A stretch of 32,000 nucleotides of DNA from Campylobacter sp. RM16704 (GTDB taxonomy: Bacteria; Campylobacterota; Campylobacteria; Campylobacterales; Campylobacteraceae). Both the position numbers and the translations under genes were made by a program. The stretch's first letter is position 1, and the number at the start of each line of letters is the position of its first letter. Positions 19,489-28,749 of this stretch are shown piece after piece. Under the pieces are notes generated by a model that was not told the origin of the DNA, ran no database searches, and was given only the letters and a program-made list of their open reading frames with translations. The stretch lies in assembly GCF_000816245.1 (NCBI RefSeq), contig NZ_CP007769.1:124464-156463 (forward strand), in the 5' to 3' direction.

Positions 19489-21332
19489 GTAAGTTGAAAA
19501 AGCTCTATAGTATCATCTTTTATTGTGATATCAAATACATATAAAAGATGTAAAAGAGTTTTAAATGTTTCTTCGTATTCATTTAAAAGTTCTTCTAAAA
19601 TTTGTTTTTGTTCGTTTTCATCTTTTGGATTTTTACACAATATCGCATTCACTCTTAGCTCATGATGATATAAAATATGTGGGTAAAGCTCATAAGCTCC
19701 ATTTGATTTCTTACAAAGTTGATTTTTAAAAGCATCAATTTGTGAAAAAAGTTTTTTTACTTTTAAAGTCTTTTTGCATATTAGAATTTTTTCTAAAATA
19801 TTTTTTAATGTTTCAATGTTTTTTTGATTAAGCAAAAGCATTTTTTTTATATTTTTTGCTGCTCTTTGTAGATTTTTTCCTATTTTTGTTTGAGTGATTT
19901 TAAGAGGCTTTAGATAAGGTTTTTGGGTGAGTAATAACTCTTCACACACTTGCTTAAATGGTTTTTCTATAGCACATTCTATCCTAGCTCCACCTTCAGT
20001 GGCGTTATAAGTTTTTATACCTAGTGGATTCATCAAGGCTATGTCCTTTTCAAAAATATCTTTAAACATTTTCCATAAATAATTCGTTTCTACCTTACCA
20101 TTACCACCATAAGCTGTTATAAATAAATCTTGTTTTCTATCTCCTTCGAAGTCTTCTTCAAAATAATGATATTCTTTAGGATGAGAATTTCCATCTTCTC
20201 CATAGGCTAAATCTTGTCCTATTAAGATGATATTTTTATGTCCTAGTTTTATGGCTAATTCATAAGCCATATTAGCTACACTCATGCCACTCCCTAAATA
20301 ACCATAATCATTCATGTTTAAGCTTTGTGCAAATGGTAGTGGTCTATGTACTAACATAAAGTTTCTATTGTTTTTCTTAAGATAGTCTATTGTGTTTTTA
20401 TAGATTAAACTTACAACTATAAATAATATATCTTTATCAAAATCTTTAAAATCATTATTAAAAAATTCAGAAGTTAGTTCTATTCTTTCTAGAGATAATA
20501 CATAATCAGGTTTTATATTATGTTTTGCAAGTATTGGATAAGCACTATCAGCACATATAATAGTTGCCTTATTAACATATTCTTTTAATAAAGGTAATTG
20601 TTTTATCAAAGATGGACCAGTAGAAACTATAATAGCATTTTCTATTTTGTCTTTTCTTTGTTTGAGTAAATCTTTTAAGCTAGGGTTATTTAAAAGTGGG
20701 AGTAAATTCCTAGTTAGTTGGGTAATGCCTTGTAGAGAATCACTAGGAGCGTTTCCATTTTTCATATGATTTAATTTAATGGCTTGAATAATATTAGTAT
20801 TTATTGAACTTATATTGTAAGAATTATAAAAATCACAATGTGTAAAAAGATTATAAATTTTATAATAATTTTTTATAGTAGAATAAGTCATCAAAACATC
20901 AAGTTGGGTAAATGTTACTAATGGCGTGTAAAACAAAATCACTTTTTCACTTCTTAGCTCTTCGCTTAAATCTAAATAATGAAAAACCAAATAAATAATC
21001 TCTAATTCTTCTTCAAATATAACTAAATGATTTCTTAAAGGATTAGAAAGTAAAGCTTTGTATAAAATTCCATTACCCAAACCATAAAAAAATAAAACAG
21101 GATATCTTAAAAATTCTCCATTAAATAGTTTTAAACTTTCATCTAATTCTTTTAAAGGATCTTTATATACAAATTCTTTTCTTTTTTTATCTAGTATATT
21201 TATATCTAAATTATCATTACTTCCTTGAAAAAGTTCAAATCGTTCACACTCTTTAAGCTCTCTTAATTTTAAAGCTAAAGGCTGGTCTTTTTCAAATAAA
21301 GCTTGAGTGTTTTTTAAAAAAAGTTCATTCAT
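19482..21332 (-). CDS. maf: Motility accessory factor (Maf) paralog 5
   Basis: 616 aa with the Maf motifs. It has the type I N-terminal module, its own diverged core (…CADSAYPILAKHNIKPDYVLSLERIELTSEFF…) and a unique C-terminal tail. Confidence 0.9.
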   Translation of the reverse strand: MNELFLKNTQALFEKDQPLALKLRELKECERFELFQGSNDNLDINILDKKRKEFVYKDPLKELDESLKLFNGEFLRYPVLFFYGLGNGILYKALLSNPLRNHLVIFEEELEIIYLVFHYLDLSEELRSEKVILFYTPLVTFTQLDVLMTYSTIKNYYKIYNLFTHCDFYNSYNISSINTNIIQAIKLNHMKNGNAPSDSLQGITQLTRNLLPLLNNPSLKDLLKQRKDKIENAIIVSTGPSLIKQLPLLKEYVNKATIICADSAYPILAKHNIKPDYVLSLERIELTSEFFNNDFKDFDKDILFIVVSLIYKNTIDYLKKNNRNFMLVHRPLPFAQSLNMNDYGYLGSGMSVANMAYELAIKLGHKNIILIGQDLAYGEDGNSHPKEYHYFEEDFEGDRKQDLFITAYGGNGKVETNYLWKMFKDIFEKDIALMNPLGIKTYNATEGGARIECAIEKPFKQVCEELLLTQKPYLKPLKITQTKIGKNLQRAAKNIKKMLLLNQKNIETLKNILEKILICKKTLKVKKLFSQIDAFKNQLCKKSNGAYELYPHILYHHELRVNAILCKNPKDENEQKQILEELLNEYEETFKTLLHLLYVFDITIKDDTIELFQLTR

Positions 21333-21343
21333 GTTTTTACCTT
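20929..21343 (-). repeat. maf N-terminal module type I, copy 2 of 2
   Basis: See 19074-19488. Confidence 0.9.
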
Positions 21344-23125
21344 TGATTTATTTTTTATATCGGATAAAGCATTTTGTAAAATTATCCTTTGTTGATGTAA
21401 AAGATCGATAATTTCTTTTATGTATCTTTGATGATTAATAATGTATGATAATGTATTTATGAGCTGTTCTTGTTCATTTTGTGTTTTTAGACTTTGCAAT
21501 TTTATAAAATTTGGCTCATTTGCAAAAAGTAAAGTAAAAAGTATATCACTCATACTTTCCCAATTTTGTTGTGAAAATAATAAAGATTTAAAAGTTTTTA
21601 TATATTCTTGCGCCAAAATTATTTCATTATAATCTAAATTTTTAAGTGCATCTTCTAAAGTATAATTTTGAGCAATAAGATTGATTTTTTCTATAATAGG
21701 TTCTATTTTTTTTAATATTAAATCACACGAAGATGTAAAAATTATATTGGTTTTTATATGTTTTTCTAAAGTGGCAATCGAAGATAAAATGTAGTTTCTA
21801 GAATCATCATAAATTTCTAATTTTGGAAAAAATTTATTCTTGCCTTGTTTTAACTCTTCACAAAGCTCTTTAAATGGTTTTTCTATAGCACCTTCTATCC
21901 TAGCTCCACCTTCAGTGGCGTTATAAGTTGTGATAAGATGCTTGTTATTTTGTATATCTTCTTCATAAGCCTTCTTATAAAGCTCCCAAACACAATGAGT
22001 ATAAACCTCTCCTTTGCCACCATAAGCTAGTGTTTTTATAGGTTCATAACGATTTGTATCTAAGTTGCTTCCATGTAAAAATTCTTTAGGATGAGAATTT
22101 AAATTTTCATCATAGGCTAAATCTTGTCCTATTAAGATGATATTTGTATATCCTAAACCTATAGCAAAATGATACAAATAATTAGCCACACTTGAAAATT
22201 TTGTATCACTATAACCATAATCATCAAGTTTAAAAGTATGATTAAAATTGCTAGAAGTTAAAGTGATTATAATATTTTTTTTGTGATTTTGCAGAGTTTG
22301 AATAACATTGGGATTTGTGGTGCTTGAAAGAAGAAAAATAGCATTGTTGTCTTCAAAATATTTTTTAAAAAAAATATTTGGCAAGGTGCTTATTTCAATA
22401 TTTCCGATATAGTCAGGTTTTATACCATACTCATGTAAAATATTATAAGAACCATCAGCACAAAAAATACTCACCTTATTTTGAATTTCTTTTAACAAAG
22501 GAAGCTGTTTGATAAGACTAGGTCCACTTGCTACTATAATAGCATTTTTATTTTTTGCTTTATGTTTTAAAAGTAATTCTTTAGTACTTGGGTTTTTCAA
22601 GCATGTATAAAGATTTTTAGTAAAAATTTCCAAACCCTCTAAGCAGTGTTCACTTGAATGCATAGCGTTTTTTATATTTTCAAGTGTTTCAAGACATATT
22701 TTTTCTACAAAATCTTTGAGATTATGATTTTTAAATGGAAGTAATGTAAAAATCTCATGATAAAATAAAATATTCTGATTTAAAAACATTAATTTAGCTG
22801 TTTGGGTGTTAAAATCTAGTGAATTATAAATTTTTAATTTACCGTTTTTTAGAAAATCACTAAGATCATAGTTTTTAAAGATAAAATAAATCACTTCCAA
22901 GTCATCTTCAAAAATGATAAGATGTTTTAGTTTGTCGTTTTTGAAAAGTTCTAAGATATACTCTCCTATACCATAAATAAAAAGTGCAGGATAATTTGAA
23001 TAATTATCTGTAATTTTTTTTAAAAATAATTCATTCTTAATAGGTTTTTTATGTTTTTTACAAGTTAGAATTTTTGTTGCTAAATTTGATTCGATACTTA
23101 AAATGTTTTTTTGTAAAAAATTCAT
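21329..23125 (-). CDS. maf: Motility accessory factor (Maf) paralog 4, the most divergent member
   Basis: 598 aa with the Maf motifs (NAIIVASGPSLIKQLPLLKE, IILIGQDLAYDENLNSHPKE, TYNATEGGARIEGAIEKPF). It has a distinct, shorter N-terminus. ATGA overlaps on both sides. Confidence 0.88.
   Translation of the reverse strand: MNFLQKNILSIESNLATKILTCKKHKKPIKNELFLKKITDNYSNYPALFIYGIGEYILELFKNDKLKHLIIFEDDLEVIYFIFKNYDLSDFLKNGKLKIYNSLDFNTQTAKLMFLNQNILFYHEIFTLLPFKNHNLKDFVEKICLETLENIKNAMHSSEHCLEGLEIFTKNLYTCLKNPSTKELLLKHKAKNKNAIIVASGPSLIKQLPLLKEIQNKVSIFCADGSYNILHEYGIKPDYIGNIEISTLPNIFFKKYFEDNNAIFLLSSTTNPNVIQTLQNHKKNIIITLTSSNFNHTFKLDDYGYSDTKFSSVANYLYHFAIGLGYTNIILIGQDLAYDENLNSHPKEFLHGSNLDTNRYEPIKTLAYGGKGEVYTHCVWELYKKAYEEDIQNNKHLITTYNATEGGARIEGAIEKPFKELCEELKQGKNKFFPKLEIYDDSRNYILSSIATLEKHIKTNIIFTSSCDLILKKIEPIIEKINLIAQNYTLEDALKNLDYNEIILAQEYIKTFKSLLFSQQNWESMSDILFTLLFANEPNFIKLQSLKTQNEQEQLINTLSYIINHQRYIKEIIDLLHQQRIILQNALSDIKNKSKVKT
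21995..22145 (-). repeat. 151-bp maf sub-module shared only by paralogs 4 and 2
   Basis: 21995-22145 equals 25626-25776 (offset 3631). It encodes ...IILIGQDLAYDENLNSHPKEFLHGSNLDTNRYEPIKTLAYGGKGEVYTH. Confidence 0.85.
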
Positions 23126-24975
23126 TTATCTTCCTTTGAAATAGCACTATAAAACTCTTTTAGTGTTGATTGAAGAATTTTTAGCCATTCTTCTTGTTTT
23201 AAAACCCATAGTATCATCCTTGTTTTTTTATCTTCTTGGTTTATTGCCGGTATTAAATAAATTTTTGCAAGTTCTAGTTCAACATCTTTTAATGCAGGAA
23301 CTAAAATTTCACCCAATAAAGCAAAATCTTTTTCAAATGTAATTTTAAAATTATGAATTTGATTATTGATGTTTAAAATTTGTGAAAAATCTAATTTTGC
23401 AATATCTGTGGTTGATTTTATATAGGTTATAATGCTTTGTAAACTTATGCTAAGTTTTTGAATTTGATTTAGTATATTTACATTGAAGATTTTTTCTATA
23501 CCCTTATCAATTTCATCTTTTTTGATTTTTAATTCTTTTTCATTTAAACCTTGTAATTTTTCAAAATAAGGTTTATCTTTTTTTAATAACTCTTCACAAA
23601 GCTCTTTAAATGGTTTTTCTATAGCACCTTCTATCCTAGCTCCACCTTCAGTGGCATTATAGGTTGTGATGTTATTGGTATCTATAGAATATTCTAAACT
23701 TTCCTTGAATAAAATCCACCATTGATTAGTCTCAACTTTACCATTACCACCATAAGCAGTAACAAATAAACCTTCTTTTCTATCATTTTCACTTTCTTGG
23801 GTATGTAGATATTCTTTAGGATGAGAATTTCCATCTTCTCCATAGGCTAAATCTTGTCCTATTAAGATGATATTTTTATGCCCTAATTTTTCAGCTAAAT
23901 CATAAGCCATATTAGCTACGCTTAAACCTGTACCTAAATAACCATAATCATTCATATTTAAAGCTTTAGAAAAAGGTAGTGGTCTATGTACTAATATATA
24001 TGGTTTTTTTGTTTTTTCTAAAGTATCTATAACACTTTTATGTGCTACACTAGCTACAATAAATAATATATCTTTATCAAATTCTTGATTATCTTTTTCA
24101 AAACACTGATAAACAAGGTTATGTCTTTCTAAAGCTAAAACATAATCAGGTTTTATATTATGTTTTGCAAGTATTGGATATGCCGTATCAGCACATATAA
24201 TAGTTGCCTTATTAACATATTCTTTTAACAAAGGTAATTGTTTTATCAAAGATGGACCAGTAGAAACTATAATAGCATTTTCTATTTTATCTTTTCTTTG
24301 TTGGATTAAGTCTTTTAAGCTAGGGTTGGCTAGTTGATAAGGTAAATTATGTAAGAGTTGGGTGATGCCTTGGATGGAACTTTTAGGGGAGTTTCCTTGA
24401 TCATTAACTAAGTAAAAACATAAATTTTTAACTTGCGAAGAAAGATTGTCATAATAATCATCTTTATAATAATTATTATGTGATAAAAGCTCACTATTTT
24501 GAAGGTAGTTTTTTACATTAAGATCTTCTCTGAGTAGTTTTTTTAAATTTTGTTTGTGAAAATTTTCTACCACATACAATCTTTTCTCTTTTAATTCTTC
24601 ACTTAAATCTATTAGATGAAAAACTATATAAAGTATTTCAATATTAGGTTCAAAAACAACTATACTTTTATGATTTTCATTTTTTAACAAAGCTTTATAC
24701 AATAAACCATTACCCAAACCATAAAAAAATAAAACAGGATATCTTTCATATTTAGTATAAATTTCATTGTATTTTTCATCAAAGAATTTTTCAGGATTAT
24801 CATAGAAGCTTTGTTTTAATTCGTGATCGTATATATTTATATCAAAAGTACTTTTTCCTGCAAATACTTCAAAACGCTCATTTGATTTTATACCTTCTAT
24901 TTTATCAGCCAAGATAGCATTATACTCTTCTAATGCTTCTAGGTTTTTAGTAAAATTTGCTTCATAGGCGTTCAT
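23122..24975 (-). CDS. maf: Motility accessory factor (Maf) paralog 3
   Basis: 617 aa. It combines the type II N-terminal module (shared with paralog 2) with the core and post-core module shared with paralog 1, plus a unique tail. Confidence 0.9.
   Translation of the reverse strand: MNAYEANFTKNLEALEEYNAILADKIEGIKSNERFEVFAGKSTFDINIYDHELKQSFYDNPEKFFDEKYNEIYTKYERYPVLFFYGLGNGLLYKALLKNENHKSIVVFEPNIEILYIVFHLIDLSEELKEKRLYVVENFHKQNLKKLLREDLNVKNYLQNSELLSHNNYYKDDYYDNLSSQVKNLCFYLVNDQGNSPKSSIQGITQLLHNLPYQLANPSLKDLIQQRKDKIENAIIVSTGPSLIKQLPLLKEYVNKATIICADTAYPILAKHNIKPDYVLALERHNLVYQCFEKDNQEFDKDILFIVASVAHKSVIDTLEKTKKPYILVHRPLPFSKALNMNDYGYLGTGLSVANMAYDLAEKLGHKNIILIGQDLAYGEDGNSHPKEYLHTQESENDRKEGLFVTAYGGNGKVETNQWWILFKESLEYSIDTNNITTYNATEGGARIEGAIEKPFKELCEELLKKDKPYFEKLQGLNEKELKIKKDEIDKGIEKIFNVNILNQIQKLSISLQSIITYIKSTTDIAKLDFSQILNINNQIHNFKITFEKDFALLGEILVPALKDVELELAKIYLIPAINQEDKKTRMILWVLKQEEWLKILQSTLKEFYSAISKEDK
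23491..24371 (-). repeat. 881-bp maf core plus post-core module, copy 1 of 2
   Basis: Near-identical to 27244-28124 (offset 3753; two single-base differences noticed). It includes the 634-bp core shared with 18240-18873. Confidence 0.9.
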
Positions 24976-24976
24976 G
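24569..24976 (-). repeat. maf N-terminal module type II, copy 1 of 2 (408 bp)
   Basis: Equals 26482-26889 (offset 1913) with one mismatch noticed (Leu/Phe codon). Identity stops right at the ATG. Confidence 0.9.
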
Positions 24977-26888
24977 AGTTTTCCTCTATGAAATTTTTTA
25001 GGTTTGTTAAAGAATTTTTTATAGTGCTAATTTGTTTTTTTAAAGTATCAATAACTATTTTTAGCCATTCCTCATGAGCTATGACCCACATGATCATACG
25101 AATTTTTTTATCTTCTTGAGTGTGTGCACTCATCATTGAAATTTTAGCTAGTGTTGTTTCTTTAGAGGCTAAAGCGGTTGTTAGTGCTTCGCTAAAAAAA
25201 CCCATATTTTCATCTTCCAAAAATTCTTTAATCTTATGTAATTTTTCATTTATATCTAAAAGTTTTACAAAATCTATTTTTTCAAGATCGATTTGATAGC
25301 TTGTTTGGTTTATAAGATTTAAGATTGGTATTAAAATTTCTTCACATTGAGTTGTTTTTTTTTCTGCTAATGGTATGATTTTGACTAATGAATCATAAGC
25401 ATTTTTTGCAAGTTCGAGTTGTTTTTTTGTATCTATATAATACAATGGTTCAAAAATTATTTGTTTTTCCTTAAGAAGTAAATTTTGACAAATAGCTTCA
25501 AAAGATTCTTCTTTGGCATGGTTGATTCTTGAGCCTCCTTCAGTTGCGTTATAGGTTGTTATACCTTTTTTTAAGGCATCTTGTATAGAAAATTCGAAAT
25601 TTTGTCTATAAGTATTCCAAGCTCCATGAGTATAAACCTCTCCTTTGCCACCATAAGCTAGTGTTTTTATAGGTTCATAACGATTTGTATCTAAGTTGCT
25701 TCCATGTAAAAATTCTTTAGGATGAGAATTTAAATTTTCATCATAGGCTAAATCTTGTCCTATTAAGATGATATTTTTATGTTCAAGTTTTAATGCTAAA
25801 CTATAAGCCATAGTCGATACATTTAATCCTCCAAGAGTTCCAAAATCTTGCAAATGTAAAAAATTTTTATGTAAAAGAGTGTTTTTTGAAATAAGCATAT
25901 AATTTCTATTATTAGACTCAAGATATTCTAAAGTTTTACTATGTGCGGAGTCTGAAATTACAAATAAAATATTTTTATCAAAATCTCCAAAATCATTATT
26001 AAAAAATTCACTTGATAAATCATTTTGCTCTAAACATACAACATAATCAGGTTTTATATTATGCTTTGCAAGTATTGGATAGCTTCCATCAACACATATA
26101 ATAGTTGCCTTGTTAGCGTATTCTTTTAATAAAGGTAATTGTTTTATCAAAGATGGACCAGTAGAAACTATAATAGCATTTTCTATTTTATCTTTTCTTT
26201 GTTGGATTAAATCTTTTAAGGGAGGATGAGAAATCATTTTAGGAATATTGCAAATGTATTTTTGCATATCATCTAAATATCTTTCAACATTAAAACCTAA
26301 GGCACTATATAAAAAATTTAAATTCTGCTCTAAATTATGATTTATTTCATCTATACTAGATTGAAAATAATCATAGTAGTTGCAATGACTAAAAATTTTA
26401 CTATCATATAAATAACTTCTTAAGCCTAAAGTTCCACTAAAATAAGCAATAATATCCATCATATCAAAATCATTTGCATCCACCACATACAATCTTTTCT
26501 CTTTTAATTCTTCACTAAAATCTATTAGATGAAAAACTATATAAAGTATTTCAATATTAGGTTCAAAAACAACTATACTTTTATGATTTTCATTTTTTAA
26601 CAAAGCTTTATACAATAAACCATTACCCAAACCATAAAAAAATAAAACAGGATATCTTTCATATTTAGTATAAATTTCATTGTATTTTTCATCAAAGAAT
26701 TTTTCAGGATTATCATAGAAGCTTTGTTTTAATTCGTGATCGTATATATTTATATCAAAAGTACTTTTTCCTGCAAATACTTCAAAACGCTCATTTGATT
26801 TTATACCTTCTATTTTATCAGCCAAGATAGCATTATACTCTTCTAATGCTTCTAGGTTTTTAGTAAAATTTGCTTCATAGGCGTTCAT
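24972..26888 (-). CDS. maf: Motility accessory factor (Maf) paralog 2
   Basis: 638 aa with the Maf motifs. It has the type II N-terminal module, its own core (…CVDGSYPILAKHNIKPDYVVCLEQNDLSSEFF…) and a terminal NATEGGSRINHAKEESF variant. Confidence 0.9.
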   Translation of the reverse strand: MNAYEANFTKNLEALEEYNAILADKIEGIKSNERFEVFAGKSTFDINIYDHELKQSFYDNPEKFFDEKYNEIYTKYERYPVLFFYGLGNGLLYKALLKNENHKSIVVFEPNIEILYIVFHLIDFSEELKEKRLYVVDANDFDMMDIIAYFSGTLGLRSYLYDSKIFSHCNYYDYFQSSIDEINHNLEQNLNFLYSALGFNVERYLDDMQKYICNIPKMISHPPLKDLIQQRKDKIENAIIVSTGPSLIKQLPLLKEYANKATIICVDGSYPILAKHNIKPDYVVCLEQNDLSSEFFNNDFGDFDKNILFVISDSAHSKTLEYLESNNRNYMLISKNTLLHKNFLHLQDFGTLGGLNVSTMAYSLALKLEHKNIILIGQDLAYDENLNSHPKEFLHGSNLDTNRYEPIKTLAYGGKGEVYTHGAWNTYRQNFEFSIQDALKKGITTYNATEGGSRINHAKEESFEAICQNLLLKEKQIIFEPLYYIDTKKQLELAKNAYDSLVKIIPLAEKKTTQCEEILIPILNLINQTSYQIDLEKIDFVKLLDINEKLHKIKEFLEDENMGFFSEALTTALASKETTLAKISMMSAHTQEDKKIRMIMWVIAHEEWLKIVIDTLKKQISTIKNSLTNLKNFIEENS

Positions 26889-26889
26889 A
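26482..26889 (-). repeat. maf N-terminal module type II, copy 2 of 2
   Basis: See 24569-24976. Confidence 0.9.
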
Positions 26890-28710
26890 TAGACCTTCTT
26901 CCATGGTTTTTACTTGTAATTTTATATGGGGAATGATAAAATCAATCCAGTTTTTATGTATATCTAAATATTCTTGTCTTTTGGCGTATTCTTCTTCTAT
27001 ATTATTAGGATTTTTTATATAATTTTGTGCAATTATATATTCAAAATGAAAAAATATTGAGCGAATTAAATCTAAAAAATAATTTTTAAATTCTTCCTCT
27101 TCAAATTTGGACTTCATTTGATAAATTCTTTGACTTAATGGTTTAAAATTTTCATCATTAAATTTTAAATTTTCTAAGCAATCAATTAAATCTAGCTTTA
27201 AAAGTTCACATTCGCTGATATAAGTTTTTGCTAAAATGAGATTTTTTTCTATACCCTCATCAATTTCATCTTTTTTGATTTTTAATTCTTTTTCATTTAA
27301 ACCTTGTAATTTTTCAAAATAAGGTTTATCTTTTTTTAATAACTCTTCACAAAGCTCTTTAAATGGTTTTTCTATAGCACCTTCTATCCTAGCTCCACCT
27401 TCAGTGGCATTATAGGTTGTGATGTTATTGGTATCTATAGAATATTCTAAACTTTCCTTGAATAAAATCCACCATTGATTAGTCTCAACTTTACCATTAC
27501 CACCATAAGCAGTAACAAATAAACCTTCTTTTCTATCATTTTCACTTTCTTGGGTATGTAGATATTCTTTAGGATGAGAATTTCCATCTTCTCCATAGGC
27601 TAAATCTTGTCCTATTAAGATGATATTTTTATGCCCTAATTTTTCAGCTAAATCATAAGCCATATTAGCTACGCTTAAACCTGTACCTAAATAACCATAA
27701 TCATTCATATTTAAAGCTTTAGAAAAAGGTAGTGGTCTATGTACTAATATATATGGTTTTTTTGTTTTTTCTAAAGTATCTATAACACTTTTATGTGCTA
27801 CACTAGCTACAATAAATAATATATCTTTATCAAATTCTTGATTATCTTTTTCAAAACACTGATAAACAAGGTTATGTCTTTCTAAAGCTAAAACATAATC
27901 AGGTTTTATATTATGTTTTGCAAGTATTGGATATGCCGTATCAGCACATATAATAGTTGCCTTATTAACATATTCTTTTAACAAAGGTAATTGTTTTATC
28001 AAAGATGGACCAGTAGAAACTATAATAGCATTTTCTATTTTATCTTTTCTTTGTTGGATTAAGTCTTTTAAGCTAGGGTTGGCTAGTTGATAAGGTAAAT
28101 TATGTAAAAGTTGGGTGATGCCTTCAAAAGAATCCTCTGAAGAATTTCCTTGCCTAAGTACTAGTGATTTTATGCTTTCAATACATAAAGAATTTATTTT
28201 ATTGATTTTTTCTCCGTAGTTTTCGTAAAAATTTGATACAAAAAGCAAATCATAAGTTTTTACATAAAAATGAATTTTCTCTTGCTCAAAAAATCGATAA
28301 AAAGTTAAAAAATTAACATCTTCATATAAATAAATTTGTAATCTTTTATTTTGTAAATCTTGACTAAAATCATTCAAATGTAAAGCAATGTATAAAAGTT
28401 CTATTTCAGGTTCTATAATGCAAATATAGTCTTTCAAAGGGTTTTTTAAAAGATTGTGTATTAATACTCCATTACCAATCCCAAAAAAAATCAAAAAAGG
28501 ATGTCTTTTATAATTTTGCTCATAAAAAGATAAATTGTTTAATGTATTTTGTACGCAAAATTGCTTCGTTATATGATCGTATATATCATAGTTTTTCTCA
28601 AAAAGCTCGAATCTTTCGTTACTTTTGATTTGTAAAATTTTTTCTGCTAAAATTGGATTTGCACTTTTTAGAGTTTGTAAATTTTTAGAAAAATTTAGCT
28701 CAAGTTGCAT
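26875..28710 (-). CDS. maf: Motility accessory factor (Maf) paralog 1 (first after pseI)
   Basis: 611 aa. It has a unique N-terminal module (MQLELNFSKNLQTLK...), the shared core plus post-core module and a unique tail. Overlaps the next maf by 14 nt. Confidence 0.9.
   Translation of the reverse strand: MQLELNFSKNLQTLKSANPILAEKILQIKSNERFELFEKNYDIYDHITKQFCVQNTLNNLSFYEQNYKRHPFLIFFGIGNGVLIHNLLKNPLKDYICIIEPEIELLYIALHLNDFSQDLQNKRLQIYLYEDVNFLTFYRFFEQEKIHFYVKTYDLLFVSNFYENYGEKINKINSLCIESIKSLVLRQGNSSEDSFEGITQLLHNLPYQLANPSLKDLIQQRKDKIENAIIVSTGPSLIKQLPLLKEYVNKATIICADTAYPILAKHNIKPDYVLALERHNLVYQCFEKDNQEFDKDILFIVASVAHKSVIDTLEKTKKPYILVHRPLPFSKALNMNDYGYLGTGLSVANMAYDLAEKLGHKNIILIGQDLAYGEDGNSHPKEYLHTQESENDRKEGLFVTAYGGNGKVETNQWWILFKESLEYSIDTNNITTYNATEGGARIEGAIEKPFKELCEELLKKDKPYFEKLQGLNEKELKIKKDEIDEGIEKNLILAKTYISECELLKLDLIDCLENLKFNDENFKPLSQRIYQMKSKFEEEEFKNYFLDLIRSIFFHFEYIIAQNYIKNPNNIEEEYAKRQEYLDIHKNWIDFIIPHIKLQVKTMEEGLYERL
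27244..28124 (-). repeat. 881-bp maf core plus post-core module, copy 2 of 2
   Basis: See 23491-24371. Positions 27491-28124 are also the third copy of the 634-bp core. Confidence 0.9.
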
Positions 28711-28749
28711 TATAGTCCTTTATTAATATTTGTTTAAGAAAAGCATTAA

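Noticed and set aside
21441-21632. 63-aa plus-strand ORF inside a maf gene
   Set aside because: It is antisense to an intact maf paralog and barely above the size cut-off.
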